Positions 36,001 through 46,207 of a DNA stretch of 64,000 bases are shown here, piece by piece. Position numbers and translations under genes: made by a program. Position 1 is the first letter of the stretch. Each line of letters starts with the position of its first letter. The notes below the pieces were generated by a model. That model was given only the letters and a program-made list of their open reading frames with translations, was not told the DNA's origin and searched no databases. Source of the stretch: Vitrella brassicaformis CCMP3155 (Eukaryota > Protista > Chromerida). Location: contig CDMY01000055.1 of the NCBI GenBank assembly GCA_001179505.1, positions 136,063 to 200,062 of the forward strand. The letters are read 5' to 3'.

Positions 36001-39000
36001 CCATCAGAGTGGCGAGAACGAGCAACACGTTGACAAGCACAATCTGCCATAGTGGGTTACATGGGGCGCAGGGCTGCTGTGGCGTCTGACGCGAGAAGCC
36101 GGCCTTGCACCGAGAGCACACAAAACCCTCGTGACCCTCCTGAGACAGAGACAAGGCGAGAACGAAAAAATGGCGTTTCTCGGAGGGATGCAGTTGGCTG
36201 TTACCGAGCATATGTTCAGCCCGTCTGTCTTGTTAGTGCCTTTGCAGGCCGACGGCAATGGACACGACATCACTATCGGCAACGAAGTCAACCCAGAGCC
36301 ATATCTAAAACACGCCAAAACACGCACACTCCCTCATATGGCTCGTACAGTAAGACCCATCTTACGTTGTCACTTCTCTTGTGGTGTTGTGAGACGGGCG
36401 ATCCGACTGTAGCTGGACAGTGAGCTGGAAGAAGCCCGGCAGCACACTCGCATTGTAGTTGATGGGGACCGAGCAGTTCAACCCAGGCAAACAGTCCTGG
36501 CAGATCCACGCGCTGCGACTTCCATCAGCGCCGCCTTTGCGCACGCCGATAGACCCAGCCGTACACGGCTCGCACGGCTCCTTGCCGCGCTGGTGGCCAA
36601 GACGGCAATAGCACGCAGGTGAGCCCTCGTCAGAACCTGCAGACAGACGCGTAGACCAACAATCTAAGTCGCAAGGGCCTATTGTCATGTGTTTCTTCCA
36701 TCTCTGACCTGCATCATCGGGACATTGTGAGCATGTTTGTGTGCCAACTTGTCTGTTGCTGTATGAGTCAGGGGGGCACTTGGTGCAGTTGATGCCGATG
36801 CCCTCGTATCCGGGCAGGCACCGACATAGGGCATCCGAGTCGAAGGTGTAGTCGAAAGGTGCGAGCAGGGAGAACACTAGTGAGCACAGTGGGTACAATC
36901 AGCACGTGTACTCGTTCTGTGTACTTAACCATATGGAATCTGACCTCTAGCCTGTTGAATACCGAGCAAAACTCTGTGCACTCGAACCGCTCCTCACCGT
37001 TCTCCAACGTCCGCACGACATATCCTGCACAAACCATTTCCAACCACATGCACTGATGTGGACTGACGCACTGCAGTGGGTATCTGCTCTGCGTGTGCTG
37101 TGACGAGGATCCTACCCTACCTTGCGGGTCGGGCACCAGTGGCGTCAAGTGTGGATCGTCGGACGCGGTCAATGATGGGCACCAACTGAAGTTTTGATGC
37201 GCACCGCTTGACCGACGCAAATCATTACACTTCTAAACCACATACACACCCCACAGACACCGATAACAACACACATATATCGGCCACCAATTATACATAC
37301 AGAGGCTCTCTGCTCTTTTTTCTCACCTCGATGGGTGTAACGCTGACACACACCGATGTCTGCTTCACATCGAGGTCTGGATTGTCCGTGAACCTCGCGT
37401 AGTCGGATGAAAACAGCCTAGAATCAGGCCTTTTCACTCGTCTCAGTGAGTTGTTTCGCATGTCGACGTGGTAGAGCCGTGACGGAAACGCTTGAAACGT
37501 CTCGATGGCGGTGATGTTGTTGTCCCTCAAAGAGATTGATCCCAGATAGTGGAATACAGAGTCCAAGAAGAAATAGCTGTCAGCCATCTGAGAACGCACA
37601 AAAGACTGATGGTTGTGCGTTCGCCTGTCTGCAGCAAAGATCGATTACAGATGTCAATTGGTTAGCCACTCTCAGGGGGAATCCAAAGAAGGCTTCACAG
37701 CGCATCGCACCGGAAAGACTGCAATTCGATGCATCCAGCACGACCAGACTGTCACGCACACGAAGGCACAGAGCAGGAAGCGAATGCCACAAAGCCAATG
37801 ATGCTCAGTTACTTGTTCTGCCATTTAAGGGGCATGAGGAATTCGGTCACGTCGAGGTTGATGGGGTTGTTTGACACATCCAGCTCATGCAGACTGCCCC
37901 AGTCAGGCGGATCCAGCGCCGACAGCAAGCCCGACCAACTCCACCCGCCCATTTCTGTAGTTTTGTCAAACACATTTACACAAAGAATACAAACCGCACG
38001 CCTGTGTGCCTGCCTGTCCGGATGTGTGTGCATGACAACGAGCTCACCCAAGTGCCCATCTATGTAGCAGACGCCTTTTGGTGTGGAGCCCCACTTAGGC
38101 CACTGGCTAATGCGGTTGTTGGTGAGGTGCAGCTTCTTCAAGTTAGGCATTGAGCGAAAACCCTCTGGCAGGGTGGTCAGCAGGTTGTCGCGCATACTCA
38201 AGAATCGCAATCTGACACAAAACGGTATCCTGTATTCGCCTATGCCATTCTCTACGGCCCTTCCTTGCTGACAATTGTGGGATGCTGCCGGTGACTCTCG
38301 TGATGAGATTGTGGTCGAGCCAGGCGTCCTCGAGGTTGGGAAAGACAGACAGATCAACGGCTCTACTCAGACGGTTGAATGAGAGACTCAAGAGCCGAAC
38401 ACTTTCATATCCCGGGCCGCTGTGTTCGCGATCCACCAATCCGACCAGCCTGACAATCCACAGGTCCAAACTACTACGTGTGTCGGCGTTTATCTCGCAT
38501 GCAGCGCACCGGTTGCTATCTGCCATTATTCGATTGAGATTCTCCAAACCCCGAAAGCCGACAGGCAGGTGACCCTCAAACTGAAACATGGTATGACAAG
38601 CTTTTACTAAAGCTCGCTTGCTCGTCATGTTTCTCACCGAGTTGTTGTTAACCCGCAGTGCGCTGAGCGACGTGAGGTCGCTAAGCGGCTCAAGCGTGCC
38701 GGAAAAATTGTTGTTGCCCAAACTCAGAAGCATGACCGACTTCCAGCCACTCAACGTATCTGGCAAGGCACCCGAGAGCTGCACAACAGGAATGCGTGCG
38801 GCGTCCTGTGCTTTTTCTGGGAATATGTACCCGATTGCCCTGAAAGTGGACGGAGATCAGGTTTCCCGCATTACCTAGCGAAGACGGCAGTGGACCAGAA
38901 AACTGACAGTAAAGAGAAATACAGTTCTCAAAACACACATCTACGTTTGTGTTGGCTGTGTGCTACGTACGTTGTTCCGCGACACATCTAAGTGTTGTAG

Positions 39001-40112
39001 GCTGTCCATCTTGCTACCCAGACCATAAGGCAGAGAGCCAACGAGGCCGTTAGAATGGACATCCAGTCGGGTCAGGTTATGGCAAGACGTCACACTGGCC
39101 GGAAAGGGCCCTTCCATCCGCTTGTTCTCCCATATCTCCAGGATCCGTAGGCGCCGAAGTCTGCCGATGCCTTCGGGGATGGGTCCTGAAAGATCTGTCT
39201 TCACAAGCCAGAGAGCCTCGAGGCGCGAGAGGTTGGTGATGGAGGGCGGGATGGGGCCGGGTGTTGAATTCATGAACCCGAGGTACAGGCCCTTGAGATA
39301 TGGCAGCTCGCCAATTGTAGCCGGAAGGAGCCCATTCATGCCGCCCTGACATTATAGTTAGCATCAAAACAAGTGCGCGCGTAAATTAATGTGCGCATCA
39401 GATGTAACTCACCACTTCACGCAGCCCGATAGCGCGAAGAGAGGTCACTCTGGCGATCCCATCACCCAAGCTTCCCTGCATAGGCAGGTATATGGCCCCG
39501 AGGCCGACCACGTGACGCAGCCGATAAAAGGCCTCCGAGGAGACGAACGGCGCACCCCCCCGCTGTGCCAATATCCCCGGCACATCCGATACCTCCATAT
39601 GCTCAGGCCACCCTGTGAGAGCAATGATGTAGCCCTCCCGCGGACCGCCGTCCGCCCAGCGCCTCACTCAGCCGCACACACGTGATGAAGGACACGACGC
39701 ACAGGTTGTCCTCGAAGACGGACTTGGTGTCGTTGTCCACCAGTCCGGCCTCGTGAGACCACTCAAACAGAGCCGCTGCATCCTCCCGACACGAATCGCA
39801 GCGCACGAGCTCCTCCATTTCGGTATAGGGGAGGATGTTGTCGCCTCGCTGCACTTTGCCATCTGAGGTCACTACGTCAGCCGGACGGAAGACCCACAAG
39901 AGTTGCAGGAGCTTCAGCCGCCTTGGGTCACGCCAGCCGGGAGGGAGGGGATCCGACTCATTGGCGGGCTGGAGCCAGGGCTGGAGGATCCGCCGGAAGG
40001 GCGAGCAAGCCACGAGCGACGATGAGATGGCAAGAAAGACAGCGCAGAGAGGAATCCTTATCGGATACCGTCTCATCCCCTCCATCTCCCGCACTTCTAA
40101 GCTCGCATTCAT
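33004..40112 (-). CDS. Large surface receptor-like protein: signal peptide, plant-type LRR ectodomain, Cys-rich repeats, multipass TRP/Flc-like (CRMP-type) membrane domain, cytoplasmic tail
   Basis: Signal IPLCAVFLAISSSLVAC; repeated LxGxLPxxIGxLxxL LRRs (GLLPATIGELPYL, GPIPPSITNLSRL, GPIPEGIGRLRRL); CRCLPGYEGIGINCTKCPPDSYS and CEPCTAGS; GHEGFVCSRCKAGF; TM block with RVGFLYVGYRKNFHYWDFVLAMRR and WPF...NRSE. Confidence 0.8.
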
Positions 40113-41058
40113 TCATTGATCACTTGCCAAGTCGGTTTTCTCCCATTGCAAGTGCGTTCTGAGGCGGCTGCCGTGCTCCTCTGAACAGTAATGATGCGTG
40201 GGGCTTTCCAATTTAGTGAATGCGGGGGTTACAGCACCAACGTACAGAATCGTTTCAACGAGACTTTCAAAGAGCATCGTTCGCAGGCCGTTGGCACTGT
40301 TTGTCATCGCAGGCCGCTACATTGCTACCTTCGCGGCCACCTTATTAACGCCCCGCGGCCACTCTGCCAAACACAGCCAACATGATTCTGACGACATGCA
40401 GAGACACTCAGTGCATCGCTGAGGCAGACACACCGATGGCGCCTTCAGCCTTTGACACGTGCGAGGCGTGAGTAGCACACGCTTGGCTCACTCAGCCACA
40501 CACACACAGATAAACAGGTAGACAGACACAGAAATGCGCCGACAGACAGAGAAACGCACCCAAACAGATACACACAGACACGCAATTCTGCGGCCCACGG
40601 CAGACTGAGACAAGCTGCTGCGTGCCCAGCTAAGTGGCAGGGACCTGGCAGGCTACAAAATGATGATGTCCTGACGACATGGCCAAAGTGTCCACACACG
40701 TATGCTATCCACACGGACGGCATTGATCAAAAATCCCCCGACCGACGCCCACCAATGCAACTCGTGCAACTCACGGGCCGCCAAAACCAATCAACTCCTA
40801 CCCAGCCATCCACGCAACGCGCTGCGCTGGCAACACCTTTCAACGCCACATGCGTGCAAACACACACATGCACTTCACTCCCGTCCCGCCACGCAACGAC
40901 ACACACCGACTGACGACAGTCTGTCTGTCTGGCTGTCTGTCTGTCAGGGTGTGCATCATGCAGCCTCGCTGGAGAAATGACCAATAAAAGACAGACACAC
41001 AGATAAAAACCCACACGTCACACACATGTTGGTTGCATTCATTTGTGTCATTCAGGAC

Positions 41059-41720
41059 TCAGAGGCCTGAGACGGCCTCCAGTATGGGCACCACGCTGCG
41101 AGTGAAAGCTCCCTGATGCTCGTTGTTGACAGTGTCCACCACCGCCAGTCTGCTACCCTGCGAGTTGCCGAAACCGACGTGGCCGTACACATAGCCGAGG
41201 CCGATCCCATCCATCTGCAGCTCCATCGTGCCCAGACCTGCAGGCATTTGATACACCCACACACACACACCACAAGCCTGGGTGCCAGTGAGAGCTTCTC
41301 TCTCTGTGTGTGTCAGTGGTCGTTTTACCGTAGTAGATCCAATCAGCATTGCTGAAGGAGGAAGCTGCCTGCCCTGCGTCGAGGGCGTGTGCCAGTGCGT
41401 CGGGGGGGATGATCCGGCCCTCATGAAGCCGCGGATGAAGATGCTCGTGTCATGCACCGCTCCAGCACGTAGGCCGTCTTTAGGGCCTCCGCCACGTCAG
41501 GAATGTCGAAGGCCAAGAGGTCATGAAGACCTTCCTCATGCATGGCCCGCTCGACGCGCTGCTGCAGGACGGCCGGCAGCTTGACGCCCTTTGGGATCTC
41601 TGTGGGCGGCTGCTTGTCGATCTGTGTTTGGAATGCCGGCCGCTTGGTGGGGTCATCGAGCATGTGAGAGGCCTTGTTGAGTGAGAGGGCCCACAGAGAG
41701 GGAACAGAGCCGGACGCCAT
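41059..41720 (-). pseudogene. Family X copy 6: 5' fragment fused to an unrelated spliced 3' gene fragment
   Basis: MASGSVPSLWALSLNKASHMLDDPTKRPAFQTQIDKQPP...AYVLERC, then homology stops at ~41452. An unrelated frame follows (HDTSIFIRGFMRAG...GSTT|GLGTMELQMDGIGLGYVYGHVGF...SGL*) containing its own intron. Confidence 0.7.
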
Positions 41721-42869
41721 GAGTGAGTGAGATGTCTGCACAACGAACGACACAGAGTGGAATGCAGACGATGTGTGAATGCGCCTCGTTTGTCTCCTTA
41801 CATGTGCTGGTAACGGCCGTGCAGGGCTGTCTACGGGAAGCGATACAGGTGACATGCCAACTCGAAACCAAAAACCCAAGCTGCACACACGCACGCGTCG
41901 ATGAGAACAGATGCTTTTGACGCGTGTGCAGTGGTCTTTCGCCCACCCGACGTAAGTCAGTCAGTGGCGATGGGAGTGCCGATGCAGAGGCCGGGAACAC
42001 ACAACACGAGATCTGCAGTCAACATCCCTACAGACCGACAGACAGGCGGGTGCGGAGCAGAGCAGATCAGCTGCCATCTTCATTGCTCAGTGTCCTCTCA
42101 CCGCGGGCAGACGGACAGACGGGCCAGACAAACGATCAGCCAGAACAAGCGAGTGACTGAGTGAGTGAGGCCAGGGAGTGGGCGAGTCAATTGCCCGACA
42201 CGAGTCGCAGCACCCATCGCCAGGCGACCTGGAGAGGTCAGCTAACCCCCAAGACCGCATCCTTACATCCAACGTGGAGTTTGCGGTGGGCACACATGTC
42301 GATGGACAGATGAAGAAGATGAACAGATGCATCATGGGTGGCTATACCTGCGAAGGGTCGTTGGTTTGTGTGCGTTGCGTGTCGACAGTGGTTGTCGACT
42401 GCTATGGCGCCAAACCTGAATCGAGTGACACGACAGACAGACAGACAGACAGACGGCAGCGCGTGAGGAAAACAGCGCCTGCCTGCCTGTGCCGTTTGGG
42501 TGTATGAGTGTGTGCGTGTACCTTTTGAGTGCGGTGTATTCCGCACCATGCAGGCATATTTGCTCCGGATCTGTGCGCCAACTCGGGCGGCGCTGGTCGG
42601 CAGCGTCCTTGACACCCTGCCTCTCCTGCCCAACCCCATCAATCAACTGTTGTTGTGTCTTCCCTGTGTTGGCCCTCGCTCATTGCACTCACCTTCCTTT
42701 CCTCGACAGTCCCACTCCACTCATCCAACACCTCCCATTGGACCGCCAGGTCTCAAAATGCGAGAACATACACTGAACTGAACGCACACCCACGCAGTCA
42801 GAATGAGTGTGTCGTGTGAGAGTGCCGTGTTCGATGCCCACCTTGCTGCCGTAGCCCAGAAGAGAGAGC

Positions 42870-43082
42870 TAGATCGGTCGGCATACATGTGCAGACTTTC
42901 GTATTAATTGCGGCCGGCAGTGAGTATCAGTGTTTTTGGACCGACTGACACGGATGTGTGCGTGTGTGTGTGTAGATAACAACAATACGCATAACTCTAG
43001 AAGGTTGCCTGGCGCCGCACAGCAGGCAGCAAGGCCGCACCACAGCAGCACGCATCATTGAGGCTCGACACAAATGAAGTCG
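42870..43082 (+). repeat. Dispersed ~205-bp repeat, copy B
   Basis: Similar to 32251-32454. Confidence 0.9.
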
Positions 43083-43157
43083 ACAAAGATGCACGAGCAG
43101 AATCTTCACTCCCCCCCCACACACACCCTCCTCACCAGTGTGTCGTCAGCCAGCAGA

Positions 43158-45068
43158 CTATCGGAGCACTGTCCTCTCGAGCCCACATTTGGCCAGCACT
43201 CGTCTTGCGGCATTCACAGCAACGGCGTAGCGCTCGATGTCTGTGTTGCCGTCTGTCGGCGCCTCGGTCGTGTAGAGGCGGATGCGGCCATAGCCTATCG
43301 CCCGGTAGGCAGCAATGGTGTCGTCGGCTGCGGTGCCCTTGAGGATGATAAATCGTCGGCGCCCGTCATCTAACGGGACGAATGTATGCTCAGCCATGTA
43401 ATCGATGGTCTTGAAGCCATCGATGGTCGGTGCCGTGAGCAGGGACCGATAGCGAGTGTCACCAGGACCGACATAAGTATCAGTCACCAGCTTCTTCTCC
43501 ACCCCCTCTTGGTCGTACCACCGCTTCAGGACCGTCTCCTCGATGAAGGCCGTGAATAATGGGTAGAGGCACTCCCCACAGCGGATGACGGGATCGCTCT
43601 CGTCGTATGTGCTGCGGTAGGGATGGTTGGGGGGCAGATCGGACAGGGGGACGGTCGTGAAGTACTGAGTGCCGATCCTATAGCGCTGCCTCGCCACGCC
43701 ACTACCATGACCATCACCCTGCTGCCCTCCTGACCCATCGCCCCCTGCCCCCTCCTGCTCCTGCTGACCCGCGGCATCGTTGTCTCCTTCGTCCTGCTCG
43801 CTCCCATCGCCCATGGCATCGTCGCCGATATCACTGTCACTGTCACTGTCGCTGTCACTGTCACTGTCACTGTCGCCATCCTCCTCCATCTCCTCCTCCA
43901 CCCGATCCAATGCCAGGCTGGTCCCTTTGTGGTTGAGCAAGTGGCCGAATGTCTTGTAGACGGCCACGGTGAGGGGCAGCTCATCGAAGGCCATCTTGCT
44001 GCCCAGCTGCTCGGCCATCCTGTCTGCTGACAGCCGCAGGGGCAGTGCCTCGATGAGCTTGTGATTGTGCGCCAGGTGGATGAAGTCGGTCATCTGCCGC
44101 CACACCGCCCCGCCTCGCTCGAGTGCATAGGCGGACGCCGACAGATAGCGAAACCGCCGGATGCGGTCCGCTGGCGTGGCGGCATCGCTGGTCGGCTGTG
44201 GGTGTGTCGGGGGGCCACCGGGGAGGTCGGTGTCTGCTGCCGTGGGTGTGGGTGTGGGTGTGGCTGTGGCTGTGGGTGGGGTAGGACGCTCGACATCGAT
44301 GAGTCCGGTGAGTGAGTGTTTCTTGAGGTCCTGGTCGATGCGCTTGAGCATGAAGGCCTCATCGACGAGCTGGCTGCCGTGTGTCTTGCTGGTCGGGCGG
44401 GCCGAGCAGACGGCCTCACACACAGACAGCATCGGGTAGATGTCCCCACGCCACACGTCGGCCGACAGGTCGTCGCCCAAGTGTCTGGGTGGCGGCGGCT
44501 TAGCCCAGCCGATCGGCCGGCAGGTGCCCTTGACGCCGTCAGCAATCTCACGCAGACCTTCGGCAGCCGACGAGAGAGCCGACAACACGCCAGGCCACTT
44601 CTGGGCGAGAAATGGCGTCTGCAGGACAGACACAGACACAGACACACAGTGGGAGAGTGTGCTGATGGCCTCATTGTGTGTTTGTGTGTGGTTGACTTGG
44701 GCTGCGACTGTCGTGTTGAAGAGCTCCTGCACATCGGCAGCCTCGCGAGTGGCCTGACAGACACGCAAACAGCCGACGGCAACACAGACAGTGAGAGCCC
44801 ACTGGACGGATGGCGTCACGACACTGTGAACGTGTGGGTACCTGTTCTATGTGTGAGTGAAGTGACGCGATGCGCTCCTCCAGTCGAGCCATACCCTCAG
44901 CGATGGACTGAAACACAACAGACAGACAGACAGACAGAGTGATGTGACCACGAGTGCTCTTCTGTCAGTCAGTTGCCTCACCGATTTGCTGTCAGATGCG
45001 GTCATTTCCTCTCCTCCCTGTGTGCGGGGCCGTTTGGGCGGCGCGCCGCCCTCGTCACTCATCGACAT
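43158..45068 (-). CDS. Family X copy 7, apparently intact; NLS-like leader, F-box-like motif, acidic (DS)n loop
   Basis: MSMSDEGGAPPKRPRT plus short exons, then a long exon with DLSADVWRGDIYPMLSVCEAVCSARPTSK and the full core to GLERTVLR*. Confidence 0.8.
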
Positions 45069-45412
45069 GACTGCAGCAAACACACACAGGCACACCGAAC
45101 CGGAGCAGCATACACCTTGAGTGGATGCGGCCATTGTCGTGCTCACCTTAGGTTTCTCGTCGAGTCACGTCGGTAACGCGGCTCTGTCTGTCGGTCGGCC
45201 TGAATGCGCCAAACAGACAGAGAGCTATGAGCGATTCTTTCGCACCTGCCGTCCTTCCCAGTAAAACACGGAAAGGCCGGCGACTCTGCCACGAGTGAAA
45301 GCTGCGGTCGTGCATGAGAGAGAACTTTCCGTTTGACGGACATTCTGGGCCAAACTCCAAACCCTGAACCCTGAAACCGCGAGGCTGCAAACAGGACCTC
45401 TCTGATTCCGCA

Positions 45413-45911
45413 ATGCATCTTGGCGCTTTGCTCTCACCTCTGCTTGTGGTGGCAGCGTCGACTGTCGCCGCCTTCGCCCCGCCGCCCTCCCTGACCACCC
45501 CACTCCACCGCACCTCCCCCCTCCCCCTGTCGTCCCTGTCTGCCAAGGCCAAGGACATCAAGATCTACAAGCGGAAGCGCAACCTCAAGTACGCGTCGCA
45601 GCACATGTTCACACCCGACGGCGATCTGGTGCGGGTGGTGCGCAAGGAGCGGCGGCGACTCAAGAACCTCGACGCAGAGAGCGTGGCGATGATCGGCATG
45701 TTCCGCACGCTCGACGAGGACCAGCTGGAGGAGATGCGACAGGCCGACTACAGGGCCAAGGAGGGCATTCTACAAATTAGGTGAGTCAGGGAGGCGCGGG
45801 GATTCACACACAGCCAGCACACACTGCATCCACACGTGTGTGTGTGTGGTTGTGTTGATTGTGTGTGCGCGTGGCGTCAGGGTTGAGGGCGAGGAGGGCG
45901 ACGAGGACTGA
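45413..45911 (+). CDS. Small basic nucleus-encoded plastid-targeted protein
   Basis: Signal peptide ending VAA-FAP (ASAFAP-type motif), an S/T/P-rich transit peptide and a K/R-rich mature part. One intron (IR|VEGEEGDED*). Confidence 0.75.
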
Positions 45912-46207
45912 GTTCACGACGTGATCGAAGGCTGCTCTGGCGAATGAAGCAAAACGATGACAGGACAGTGTGCATAGCCCGTTTTTGGGCGAACGGAGGG
46001 ATAGTCAGTTTGCGATGAGGTCACTCACTCACTGTTGTCTGACATGACTTGGGGGTCGCAATGCGACCAGACTTTGAATGAATGATGACTTACTTCATTC
46101 GATGCAAACCACTCACTCTCAAACGCGATGCACTCACACGATGCTGCAAGCACCTGCACCCCTTTGCACTGCATCGCTGACACCTGGTGGGCCGGTCGTC
46201 TGTCTGG

